A stretch of DNA of 63,491 nucleotides, counting the filler, from Globobulimina sp. (Eukaryota), in assembly GCA_003354225.1 (NCBI GenBank). It is 48 parts of 48 records of this genome, joined end to end, with 100 filler letters (N's around TTAATTAATTAA, not from the genome) between each part and the next. Parts side by side here need not be neighbours in the genome. Positions count along the whole stretch, not along the records: positions 10,609 to 11,833 come from PIVH01020607.1; positions 11,934 to 13,158 come from PIVH01020608.1; positions 13,259 to 14,483 come from PIVH01020609.1; positions 14,584 to 15,808 come from PIVH01020610.1; positions 15,909 to 17,133 come from PIVH01020611.1; positions 17,234 to 18,458 come from PIVH01020612.1; positions 18,559 to 19,783 come from PIVH01020613.1; positions 19,884 to 21,108 come from PIVH01020614.1; 40 more parts are not named here. One strand, written 5' to 3'. Positions 11,054 through 22,615 of the stretch are shown here, in pieces (position 1 is the stretch's first letter; every line of letters starts with the position of its first letter). A program made the translations under genes and the position numbers. The notes beneath the pieces are model-generated. The model was not told the origin of the DNA and ran no database searches. It saw only the letters and a list, made by a program, of their open reading frames with translations.

Positions 11054-11268
11054 GTCATAATTACTAGCTAATTAGCATAGATCTGCTTGGTCAGCCTAGG
11101 CGGGGGGTCGGAGTAGTAATTTTCGAGGGGGTCGACCATTTTTGGTCAAAAAAGGCAAATTTTTCCAGTCTGAGGGTCTGTCTGGGGGATGGGTTGGGCC
11201 GGTCAAACGCTAAAAGTCGGGTACCCATACCCCCACCACACCTATGCTAATTAGTGCTAATTATCGAC
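11054..11268. mobile_element. MITE-like element with imperfect terminal inverted repeats, within an intron
   Basis: Arms 11054-11080 and 11242-11268 share CTAATTAGCATAG and ATAATTA in inverted orientation around a GC-richer core. Confidence 0.5.
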
Positions 11269-11497
11269 TTTTCTTTTCGTCCATAATTTGGTCAACAAGT
11301 AACCCATTTGGCTGAAACCTTTTTAACATGTTGACAACCATACATACATGCCTTTGTGCTCTTCGAGCAGTTTGCTCTGGTCCATTTATGTCACAATTAT
11401 TTAGTTTTCTTAATTCTTATTCGACAAAAAACATCGGAAGTCAACATTCCTTTACTCTAGCAATCGCGTGCAGTACATTAATTATAAATGTTTTCAG

Positions 11498-11662
11498 ATG
11501 TTGATTGTGACTCCTGAAAAATGGGATGTTGTGACACGTAAATCAACTGGTGATACTGGACTGTCGATGTTGGTTAAATTATTGATTATTGATGAAGTAC
11601 ATTTGTTACATGATGATAGAGGACCTGTCATTGAAACATTAGTTGCTAGAACTCTTAGACAG
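11498..11662 (+). CDS. ASCC3: Single internal exon (165 nt) of a Ski2-like helicase ASCC3/Slh1
   Basis: ttttcag|[19 protein letters not shown]...[28 protein letters not shown]|gtacat; phase-0 AG and GT boundaries. Confidence 0.85.
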
Positions 11663-12074
11663 GTACATACTATTTTGTCACTCCTCAAGTGTGTTTGGTC
11701 GAATTCGACGGGGGAGGGGGATTTGGCCTCGACCGTGGATCGCACAAAAATTTTTCAAAATCGACTGATTGCAAAATTGCAATTTAAGGGACATATCTTT
11801 ATTACATTACTACAATATAATTAAAGATAAATGNNNNNNNNNNNNNNNNNNNNNNNNNNNNNNNNNNNNNNNNNNNNTTAATTAATTAANNNNNNNNNNN
11901 NNNNNNNNNNNNNNNNNNNNNNNNNNNNNNNNNCGACTCGATCGCGAGCTCGACGTCATTTCCCGCCAAGGATATCCGAATTATGCATCGAATTTTACAC
12001 TTTAAACTCTCTGTTTTTGTGTTGTGTGCAAAGTTGACATTGTGTTAAAGTTTGTTGTTGTTGTTTAATTTTAA

Positions 12075-13158
12075 GAGTGGTACAAAAAACGTTTTGCTGC
12101 TACTCACTCGCTATCCGCTAAAAGACCAAAGACATCCAATTTCATCACAGAAACCAATCTATTGGACAAATGCCTTGGTACCAAAGTACAATACATATCA
12201 CATTTAAGAAATTGGGTCTTTTATTGTGTCACCCTAAAAGCGAACCCTTTCGCTTTACCTACAAATCCGTCTTTAGCGCTTTTCTGGATTGCGGACAGGA
12301 TCGAACAAGCACGAAATACTAATTGTATCCGTCAAGCCCAATCTATGCTGCTATGGTTGCATCAAGCAGCAGATATATCCTCTATTTTTAACTTCGACAA
12401 CGAATATAATCGGTTTAAGTCCGCAGCCATGAAGCGATTTGATACTCCATCCGATTCCCGATTGCCTCTCCAATTAAAACACCTGACCCGTTATACTTTA
12501 CATATGAACTGTGTCATTAATAACTATTCAACCATTCCATTGGATGATTTATTGAAAGTACTTATCATTCAAATGTACTTTTTTACAATGTCAAGGCCTT
12601 CGGAGTTATTACTCTCTCCATATTCCACCACCAAAAGAGGTGTACTGTTCAAACACTTGAAATTCTTTAAACCAAATCCTACCAAACCATCAACTCATTT
12701 TGTACGTATACAAGTTGTCTCGCATAAATCCATGAAGTCCCTGAATGATTCCAAATTGTTATATGTGGGCCACTCTTATTGCAGCGCAACAATCCATTCC
12801 AATAAATCCTGTCCCTGTAAATTACTAAACCCATTGCGATTATTACAAATATATTTAACACGAAGAAAGGCACTGTTCTCTTCCCTCCATAGCAATGAAA
12901 GTATTCGCAAAAATAAACTCCGACTAACTTCCAACAACAATGTCTTTGTTTGGTCAAATGGCAAAGTAGTAAAAACAACTTCCCTCTCTGCGATAATTAA
13001 AGAAGTTGTTTCTGTCAATTCCAAATATATTCTCGAGCCAAAACGTTATTCGTCGTATAGTTCCAGAATAGGTGGAACCACTAGAGCCTCCCAAGTAGGT
13101 ATCGCACACGGCATTATTCTCAAATATGTTGGCTGGAGTGACTCCAAATTACCAGACA
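12075..13158 (+). mobile_element. Tyrosine recombinase of a DIRS/Ngaro- or Crypton-like eukaryotic element, 3' truncated
   Basis: Box I FFTMSRPSELL, Lys region SHKS, box II YSSRIGGTT, VGWS; the catalytic Tyr would lie beyond the contig end. Confidence 0.8.
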
Positions 13159-13258
13159 NNNNNNNNNNNNNNNNNNNNNNNNNNNNNNNNNNNNNNNNNN
13201 NNTTAATTAATTAANNNNNNNNNNNNNNNNNNNNNNNNNNNNNNNNNNNNNNNNNNNN

Positions 13259-14152
13259 ATGATGAACGCACTTAGACTTGTTATTACTAGGTAATAATTC
13301 ATTATATTTATGTAATAATTCATTATAATCTTTATCCATTTCCTTTAACTTATCTTTACTTTTTTGACTATCATTATTAGTCAACGTCTTTATATTTAAC
13401 ACTAATTCTTCATTTTCATCATTTAACGATTGTAATAATATCTCATATTCAATTCTTTGCCTATTCATAGCCTCCACCAACATATCATTACCAACCTTAG
13501 GCGTCGCTGCACTTTGCATCCGCGAATATCGGTCATATCTCATACTGTTTGAAGTAGTTATAATAGTCTGCTCATCCTCATCATCCTCATCCTCCTCATC
13601 CTCCTCAACTGATACACACAACTTAGCATTTTCATTGCCACCGATATAGAGATTTGAATCATTTGATCGTATTCGTGGTGCAAACGTAAACGTATCCATA
13701 TTACCAATTGCATCATAAAGTGCCGTCGTCGTTGGCGAGTTCGAGGGTGCGTCCAATGGAAGCATGCCTATTGATATCATGTCAGTGTATTCTGATACCT
13801 TTAATGTATTTTCGCGCGGTAGTAAGGACCGCGGGGTTGACGGGTCGTAAACTGTTGTGGCTGCCGCTGCGGTCAATGATTTCTTATAACTGAGCAACGA
13901 GGATTGCAATAACTGTATCTCCGTCATTAAAAATTGATTTTCAGTGGTTTGTTGTTGATATAATGTTGTTTTATTTTTATTTTCTTTTGCGAGTTTACCT
14001 ATTTTTTCCTTTGTATTTTTTAATTGGTATTCATATTTTTGGTTTATTTGTGTGATTGTTTGATTTTCTTTGGTTAAATGGATTATTTGTTTCGTGTTTC
14101 TTTGTAATTTTAATAGTAATACTTGGTTTGTACAATGTTCGTTTTCTAACAT
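13259..14152 (-). CDS. Low-complexity coiled-coil hypothetical protein (eukaryotic)
   Basis: Long ORF with heptad Q/K/E-rich segments and an acidic EEDEEDEDDEDE tract. Confidence 0.5.
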
Positions 14153-14221
14153 TACGGCATTTGATTTATTGGGCGAAGAGTGGTATAAATTTCTCTTATT
14201 ATTTAAATTGAGGCGAAATAA

Positions 14222-14483
14222 ATGAACTCTGAAAAAATATCACTGGAAACAGCAAAACGATTGATGTTAAATGCGCAATTGTTAGATGGTGAAACAAAAC
14301 TATCCAGAGGCAAAAAAGGCGTTCTGGAAGTTATGGAGCGATTGGGTTATGTGCAAATCGATTCCTTGAGCGTCGTGAAACGTGCCCACCACCATGTATT
14401 GTGGACACGTTTGCGAGACTATAAGGAGTCCATGCTGGATGACCTGCTGGCAAAAGAACGAAAGGTATTCGAGTATTGGGGCC
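14222..14483 (+). CDS. ycaQ: YcaQ/AlkZ (HTH_42) interstrand-crosslink DNA glycosylase, N-terminal fragment, bacterial
   Basis: LGYVQIDSLSVVKRAHHHVLWTRL (QxD motif), VFEYWG; GAGG upstream of the ATG. Confidence 0.85.
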
Positions 14484-15222
14484 NNNNNNNNNNNNNNNNN
14501 NNNNNNNNNNNNNNNNNNNNNNNNNNNTTAATTAATTAANNNNNNNNNNNNNNNNNNNNNNNNNNNNNNNNNNNNNNNNNNNNGAAGTATAGGTGATATG
14601 GCCAAAATTATTGATGAAACCCAATCTTATTTTATCTCAAGAATCCATTGGTAACAGATACAATCTATTTGAAACATATTATTTTTGACATGAAAAGCTT
14701 TAAATATGGTTACTGTTGATTGGCGTTTTTTAAATATTAAATTATCAGACAATACCCATAGTTTTCGCAATGAATATATTGAAATTGGAATAAATATACA
14801 ACTGCATAATGCAATTGTGGTTATTGTATAACCGATAAATATATCAAACGCTATCTCACTACGAGTGCTCATCTAAAAGTGGAGTGACTTGCTTGCGTCA
14901 GTGAAAACGTTTCCATTTAACTATATTTTCGTCATCATTTTTCAGCCACAAACAACAAAGCACAAAAAACAGAAATCAAACTATAAACAATGAATATCGA
15001 TGGTTTATTAAAAGAATTGAAAACTGAAACAGATAGAGATGAGTCACAAGAAATCTCTGTGCCTCTTGGAAGTTATTTTGATGTGCTTGCCTTCATTGAG
15101 TTGAGTTATTTGCAATACTGAAAATACAAAAAATTATAAACTGTAACTAATTGATATAACAGAAAAAAAAGTTAAGTATTCACAGGTTGATGGTTCTACA
15201 TATTGTTGTTATATGATATTAT

Positions 15223-15808
15223 ATGTTTGGTGCAATTATAGGTGTGTTGGATGGAAGGATAAAAGTCGAAAATTCTATCCTTGTCGAAGAGATGATTAAT
15301 CAAATTGCTCTGTATACAGCTTTTTTAAAGAAGAAAATTGAGCGTTTAAATGAAATCCAAACGCAGTTACATGAAGAAACCGAACAGGTATCGGTGACAG
15401 TGGATAAGTTGGATGATGGAAAAACCGAACAGGTATCGATGACAGTGGATTCCGTATCAAGTGAAGAAACCGAACAGGTACAGGTATCAGTGCCATTTGG
15501 TAATTATAAGTTGGATGATGGTAAAACCGGACAAACACCGATGACAATGGATACCGTATCAAGTGATGATGAAGATGATGATGACGATGATGCTTATGAT
15601 GATGCTAAAGAATGTGGTCAGGAACAAAATGATCCATCGGTGAAGTCAATGTCCCGTCGATATACAGACGAACAATGTGCATTTTTAATGCAACATCAAG
15701 ACCTGGATCCAACAGAGGTTTTGACTCTATTCAATCACACTTTTGAGCAACAAAGGACAGTCAGCGGTATAGTTACTAAAATTAGCAGACTTAAAAAAAG
15801 TGCACAAT
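15223..15808 (+). CDS. Hypothetical protein with internal peptide repeats, acidic tract and Myb/homeodomain-like C-terminal HTH
   Basis: Repeats EETEQV and KLDDGKT (about 15373-15570); RRYTDEQCAFL...FNHTF...RTVSGIVTKISRLKK. Confidence 0.5.
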
Positions 15809-16049
15809 NNNNNNNNNNNNNNNNNNNNNNNNNNNNNNNNNNNNNNNNNNNNTTAATTAATTAANNNNNNNNNNNNNNNNNNNNNNNNNNNNNNNNNNNN
15901 NNNNNNNNTGTAATTAATAGTTTTTGCATTTATAATAAAAAACGTTGTATGTTTCAATAATTCAATACTTTCATAACAATCCTAACTGTCCTAACTGATA
16001 AAATGTGTTCTCTATTGCACATTTTTTGTTTTTATTGGCATGCAAACAA

Positions 16050-16448
16050 TTAGCAAATACAAGACATACTAAAAACAATTGTATCGTCTTCGACAGGGAA
16101 ATCAAAGTGCGGTCTGTCTCTGATTGGTTTGATATTATAGCTTTGTTTTATTATTTTACAAATATGGTTTATCCATTCATTTAAATCAGTCATTGATGAT
16201 GACAGGAATACACGCGTTTGTTTTGGCGATGATGATGTTAATTCAAATCGTCCTACTTCAGCTGTTTTAGAAATGAAAACTGCATCGAATTCAGTTAAAT
16301 CAATGATTTCCGTCGGATTGTAATATATTTGCATTTTTTTGTATGAATACAGCTTGGTTCCTTTTAAAACCATCCATCGTTCCCTCAATGTACCTAAATG
16401 TTTAGATTCCTTTTGTAAGTATCCTTCTTTAACAAGCTGTGAAGACAT
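16050..16448 (-). CDS. PH-domain protein
   Basis: VKEGYLQKES, RERWMVLKGTKLYSYK, FEL, DLNEWINHI. Confidence 0.85.
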   Translation of the reverse strand: MSSQLVKEGYLQKESKHLGTLRERWMVLKGTKLYSYKKMQIYYNPTEIIDLTEFDAVFISKTAEVGRFELTSSSPKQTRVFLSSSMTDLNEWINHICKIIKQSYNIKPIRDRPHFDFPVEDDTIVFSMSCIC

Positions 16449-16613
16449 TATGGAAAAATAAATTAAAATAAGGTTTTGTCTAAGTAGATGCGGCAGATAG
16501 CACCATGCAGCTGCTTGATCACATTATCAATGATTAATATAATTCGGTTATTCGCAACACAACAAATAAAAATTTGTTAATAAAAATTATAAAAATAAAC
16601 AGTATTACAGATA

Positions 16614-17099
16614 ATGATGTACATAACAAAAATTATAATAATTATCATGATGACTCACAAGTTATCCATATCCACAGACTCAGATAAAGATGATGATGAT
16701 AATGCATCCTTTGTCAATGATTTTGACGTAGATGCTGCCGTCATTGACCATATTGCTCCTAAAAAAGCAAATAAAGCATACATAGCGGAACATTATAACT
16801 CCGAACATGGATTTACAAGCAGTCATTATGAGGCTGTATTTAAATTTAGATTAAATGCAGGAACTGGAACAATAACAATACCACAAAGAAATAAAAATAT
16901 TTTACAATATGAAACAAAAATAATTGATGATGGAATGATGCAAGAAATAAATCTAAAGCAAAATATTAATATTCAACAGATATTATCGCCATTCCTATCA
17001 AATGAAACAACCATAAAAATGTTCAAATACAAAGATAAACTTTTAGCATTTTTTGTATTTCAAATTAACGATGAAATAATAACACAATACGTAGAATAA
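16614..17099 (+). CDS. Hypothetical protein
   Basis: 161-aa ORF divergent from the PH gene, no motif. Confidence 0.35.
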   Translation: MMYITKIIIIIMMTHKLSISTDSDKDDDDNASFVNDFDVDAAVIDHIAPKKANKAYIAEHYNSEHGFTSSHYEAVFKFRLNAGTGTITIPQRNKNILQYETKIIDDGMMQEINLKQNINIQQILSPFLSNETTIKMFKYKDKLLAFFVFQINDEIITQYVE

Positions 17100-17294
17100 A
17101 TCCGATCAACATTTCCACGAAACGCAAGTTTTCNNNNNNNNNNNNNNNNNNNNNNNNNNNNNNNNNNNNNNNNNNNNTTAATTAATTAANNNNNNNNNNN
17201 NNNNNNNNNNNNNNNNNNNNNNNNNNNNNNNNNGTTGCGGATGACAATGGAAAAAACAATGTGAGTGTTGATGGCGTAAAATACAAAGACAATA

Positions 17295-18397
17295 ATGACG
17301 ATATTTGGTATTATGACAACAGCGATCAATGCGAATCACATAAAAAGAATGATTTGCAACATATTGGTAATCCGTGGCATTGTTTTGGACATATTGACAA
17401 TATCCTTTCTAATCTTTGCATTGTCGCATTGGTATGGCAGTAAAATGTATGGCGGGGTGAATATATTTAAATTGCGATGGAAAAATGGTTGGTTTGCTGG
17501 CTGGGTGTATGACCCGTTGCGGTGCGTCATGTTTTCAATGTTTTTTTGCATCATCCCAATGCTTTGGAGTTGCAGCAAATTGTTCAAATGCATCGAGTAC
17601 GGCGATTATGTAATATTTTGGAATGCGCCGGGACAGGAATGCAATGACAGCGTTGTGGTTGGAATGGCGTTTATTTTTGTTGCATTGACAGCGGTTTATG
17701 TGGTGGGCAATATGTATTATAGCAATGCGCACTTAATCCACCATGAGGACATCGAAAACAATAAGAAATTGATCCCATTATATTTGCAGAGAATGCAGCC
17801 TTTTTATTTTATGATCTCCCCCTTCGATGATAAGAACTCGCGAAGACATAGCAAGATCTCTGCGGATCAAAAGTTAACGTGGCAAAATATTGAATTTCGG
17901 CGGCAGCGGCATTTTAAATATTTGTATATTGGCTGGATCTCGCCGTTTCTGCGCAAAATTACCTGTTTGTTGATATTTAACTGTGTTACGGGGGCCAAGG
18001 GACAGTCGGATCAGACATTTGTAGTTAAGAATTTGGTGTTGGCCACGTTGGTTTTCTATCAGTTATGGCCAACTACATAGCCAACTACACGTTGCATTTG
18101 TATTGCATGTATTTGTTGTATTGGTTGGTGTTGTTAATTGTGTCTGGTTCCACCAAAATTATCACTGAGAATTCGGATACGATGCAATCATTGAAAATTA
18201 TCGTCAATGTCATTATGTGGATACCGGTTGTTTGTGTTGCGTTTGTGGTGTGTTGGGCCATTTTATTATTGATTAATCCGGATTTTTATGTAAATAACTG
18301 TATATTTTACCATCAGGAACAAAACCGCTGCTTATTTATTATGGTATGCCAGCAGCCATTGGTACCGCTGCTATTTATTATGGTACGGCGTACGTAG
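17295..18397 (+). CDS. Multi-pass membrane protein with an apparent frameshift near 18065-18080
   Basis: Hydrophobic helices continue from ORF 17295-18080 into overlapping ORF 18065-18397. Confidence 0.5.
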
Positions 18398-18929
18398 CGC
18401 CGTGGACAGCTGCCACCTACAAATCTCTTCTTGTGATGATAGCTCAATGAGAGCGTCTNNNNNNNNNNNNNNNNNNNNNNNNNNNNNNNNNNNNNNNNNN
18501 NNTTAATTAATTAANNNNNNNNNNNNNNNNNNNNNNNNNNNNNNNNNNNNNNNNNNNNGTAAATCAACAAGATTGGGGCACTTTTAATGATAAATATACG
18601 GTGAAAGTTGATGCTACAGATGCTGTTATGTTGCGATTCTCAGACTTTAAACCACAATAAATTTTAATATATGTACAGCTTTCTGAAAATGAAAATCTAT
18701 GAATTCCTTACGCAATGTACTATGATCGACATTTAATAGAGACCATGCAATATCTATTATTTTCAATGCATTTTGTTTGAAACACTTTTCTTTTGAAATT
18801 GTATACATTGTCCTTGCACTGTATGTAAATCTTCACCGGATTTTAAATTGTTTAAACACGCGTTTCCAAAAGGTAGTATTCTAAAGTATTAATGACCGAA
18901 TTTTTGTAAACAATTATATTACGTTTGTT

Positions 18930-19783
18930 TTAATTCAACAATTTAATATTTCTCATCAATTTTAATTGAAGTCCAATTGTATTGACACCAATTAATTTTA
19001 ATGAATCTACATTTAATTCCTGTACAGTTTGCATATCATCGATATCATTCTCAATAAACATATCATAAACCTTTTCCGGCAAATTGCATTTTTCCAACCA
19101 TACTTTTACTTTCTTTTTTTCCACTTCTTTCTGATTAATATTCACATCATAACCAATTCTATCCTTATTTGTTTTATTCCGATGACACTCCAGATGCAAT
19201 GCTTGCAAATTCTTCCTATCATTGGTACCGCCCTCATGCACCGGCGTAATATGATCGATCTCAAAAATTCCTGGTAACCGTTTCTTGCAACACGCACATT
19301 CCCAGTTCTGCTCATCTCCCGCAATTTGCAATCTAATTGATACCGGAATATACCGTTTCATTTGCATTTGAACCCATTCATTGTCATCACTTATCACATC
19401 TTTATTATCTAAATGTACCCAATATGATTCTTCTTCATCTTCCCATATAAATTCTACTTTTATCTGTCCATTATCTTTCTCCTTAACAATGCATTTAATC
19501 CATCCTAATTTCTTATATTTTTTTTTATTTTCAAAACTTATTTTCAAATTTAAATATACAGTGTCTCCAATTTGTAAATGATTCAATCGATGTGCGGGTC
19601 GCGTGGATATATATTTATATTTTGCAAACTTCGCTAATTCCTTTTCTGCATAATCTGACCAAATCGTATCGTCAATGTCCAAATATTTTATTCTTAAATC
19701 ACTGCCTCGTTTATTGATAATTTTAGCTTCCATATATTTTCCATTACGATATTGATGGTCAATAAAATCGCCTTTTTCTAAAT
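18930..19783 (-). CDS. Tudor/Agenet-like repeats + HNH endonuclease + SAM domain protein, 5' truncated
   Basis: LEKGDFIDH...AKII...LRIKY and LQIGDTV...WIKCIV...IKVEF...YWVH (Tudor-like); CACC...FEIDH...GGTN..NLQALHLECHRNKT (HNH); VKVWLEKCNL...F.ENDID...LKLIGV..IG.QLKLM (SAM). Confidence 0.85.
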
Positions 19784-19883
19784 NNNNNNNNNNNNNNNNN
19801 NNNNNNNNNNNNNNNNNNNNNNNNNNNTTAATTAATTAANNNNNNNNNNNNNNNNNNNNNNNNNNNNNNNNNNNNNNNNNNNN

Positions 19884-21103
19884 ATATTTTTCCCATTTCG
19901 TTTCGGCACTTCACAAAATATCTTTAAATTTAATGGATGACTGAAGCAATCTATTGGATCCATATACTGATCAGCTTCAATCTTGTAGTGATCAAAATAG
20001 ACCTTTATGGCTTGATACGTAATTTTATCACTAAAACCTTCTGATCTCATTATGAGGCAGTTCTCAGGAAGAGCCTGTTGCGCAAATCCCTCACGGCTAT
20101 TTGTATTGGTAGGTTGTGGACGAGACCGATTATGCTTACCTGTTCTGAGCGTACAAATTAACACCACATTTGTACACCCGTTTAGCATTGGTTGAATTGA
20201 CTCTAGTATTGGCTTCCAGTCTCGAGGATCCTCAGCTTCGTTTAATCCATCAATAACAATTGGGAGACGGCAACCAGCGCGCGTACCAGCGGCGTCTATA
20301 GCTGAGATAAGAGCTTCAAAATTGTTAACTTGTTGGGTGTAAAAACTTATTCTTTGAGAAAGAGCATCCAGAGTTTGCCCGGATTTTAAATCGCGCCCCA
20401 ATAGTAGTACACCTGCTGGCCGCTCAGGGCTAGGCGAAGTTAATTCAGCAGCAAATTGTGTTTTTCCGCCTCCAGCATCAGCAACTACAGCAACTAACTG
20501 CTGGGTTAATAGCTTCTGAGCATCCTTTAGTAATGCTTTAGTGTCCTTTATGTAAGCAAGAGCATTAGTGATTACTAATGATAGTGGAAGGTTTTTCCGG
20601 CGTAACAACCTGAGTAAATTTTGAATTGAGTTTTGAGAATCTGAGGTTGTTGCTTCTGCTAAGTCTTTGATTCGAGCAATATGTTCACCACAAATGGGAT
20701 TTTGAAACAAACTACAATAGTCCGCATACATTTCACAGAGAGAAATAAACTTGTTTAGTTCAGAAGCAAAAGGATGGTAAACTGATTCCTCTATCATAGC
20801 ACCGATGGTCCGAATTGCCTCATTTAGAGATTGTCTCGTCTTTTCAAAACCTTCCCAAGCATGTGGTTCACCGAGTATTTTGCGGGATTGATGTTCGATA
20901 TCCAAGACTTGATGAACAACATGAAGCCATCGGTTGTTAATGGGAGCCACCGATTTTTCATGTTGGTCAGCCAGCATTTTAGAAGTTAATGCTAATTCGC
21001 CAAAATACGAATGTCTTAAATCAATTGCTACCCCTGATAGTTGCTCATCTAAATCACCTTCATTCCATAGGTGTAGCTTGAAACCGTAATTTCGACACAG
21101 ACT
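19884..21103 (-). CDS. Bacterial STAND/NACHT-like P-loop NTPase fragment (Avs/AVAST-like)
   Basis: Walker A ADAGGGKT, Walker B LPIVIDGLNE, LICTLR sensor strand, HPLNLKIFCE; intronless; truncated at both ends. Confidence 0.7.
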
Positions 21104-21763
21104 TTAAANNNNNNNNNNNNNNNNNNNNNNNNNNNNNNNNNNNNNNNNNNNNTTAATTAATTAANNNNNNNNNNNNNNNNNNNNNNNNNNNNNNNNNNNN
21201 NNNNNNNNAATTAACAAGTTGAATTTGCCGCGCAACTCTATCAGGACATATGCCAACCACAAATGATTATGGCACGCGGTAAGCCAGCCAGCCCAAATCA
21301 GCTCATCTTGGTGGCGTGATCGACGGAAATTTGCCTATGGCTGACCCAAAAGAATGCAACCACAACATGAACTGTATTCCCTGATAAGTGACTTTTGATC
21401 GACCATTCAGTCTCTTGATTATTGCTCTTGTCTCTGCACTCTTATTATATTGTGTCTGTCGACTGTGCTCTCAATATTGTGCTTTGTTGACGTACCGTGC
21501 TGAGCTCCGCCATAAAAAGGACTTTGGTTTTGCCGACACAAACACCTGTCATTCCTTCCGCCGTTTTGTAGCAGTGGCATTGTTCTCGCTCGTCGCCGCC
21601 ACAAGAACTCAGGTACATTAATTCAAGTCGATCAATAGGCTTGATTTATACACAGCGCCGGGTGTGATCCGTATTCATGCCATCCGAATTCGGTTACGCT
21701 ACCTAATATAACATCAACATCGTGTTTAGCCTAGCTGCCGTTTGAGTAGCATATAGGTTGGTC

Positions 21764-21829
21764 CAGTTCACGTGCATTGTGCAAGTAGAACAATATACAC
21801 AGTTCACGTGCATTGGGCAAGTAGAACAA
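21764..21829 (+). repeat. Two-copy 36-bp tandem repeat
   Basis: CAGTTCACGTGCATTG(T/G)GCAAGTAGAACAA at 21764 and 21800. Confidence 0.85.
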
Positions 21830-22615
21830 ATAACCTATAGATATTACAATTGGTGGCATCGGTCTCGGTTCTTGTGTATAGGTCTTGCCTGCCATCAGTT
21901 TTTGTGTGTAACGCCTCTTCCCTTTCATTCAGAAAGAGGAGTTATTGAACAATTGCTCACGGAAGGAAGGAACTAATAATATATGTGTATTGAAATTGCA
22001 TAAAGATTATATTAAAATAAAGTGTCAAAGCGAATATTATTATAGAATTATTGCAAAATGCCATTTCAATCCATAAACAAAGAGAAATTATATTGGCAAG
22101 CACGGAAGCGAGCAAACAAACGGCTGCGTCGGGGAGTACAGTCATGCGGTAATATTGAGTTTAATAGTAGAGACATTTGTAAAACTAACGTTTTTAGTCC
22201 GACCGTTTTGAATGATAAAATAAATAGTCAGGCTGTCTCGTGTATGCCGTCTAGTAGTGGCGTAAAGACAGACGTTTTTTATCCGCCTGACGTAACCACA
22301 TCTACTGGTATTGGCTCATCGATCGTTTCTAGCAAAAACATAGCTAAACCACAAATAATGGTTAATAAACCTAATTTATCTACCGATACAGGGGGTTTTT
22401 CACAATCGCCCAGTAGTGTGCAAAATCAAAATTNNNNNNNNNNNNNNNNNNNNNNNNNNNNNNNNNNNNNNNNNNNNTTAATTAATTAANNNNNNNNNNN
22501 NNNNNNNNNNNNNNNNNNNNNNNNNNNNNNNNNTGAAAAGCAAAAAGTTAAATGTTACCTTTAACATTTTATTATTAACCTATTTTCCTTCACAATCTTC
22601 ACCGAAAAACTGCCT

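Noticed and set aside
18930-21103. HNH nuclease next to a STAND NTPase as a two-gene defence system
   Set aside because: They are on different contigs separated by a linker; one is eukaryote-like and the other bacterial.
21764-21829. 36-bp repeat as a CRISPR repeat
   Set aside because: Only two directly adjacent copies, with no spacer and no cas genes.
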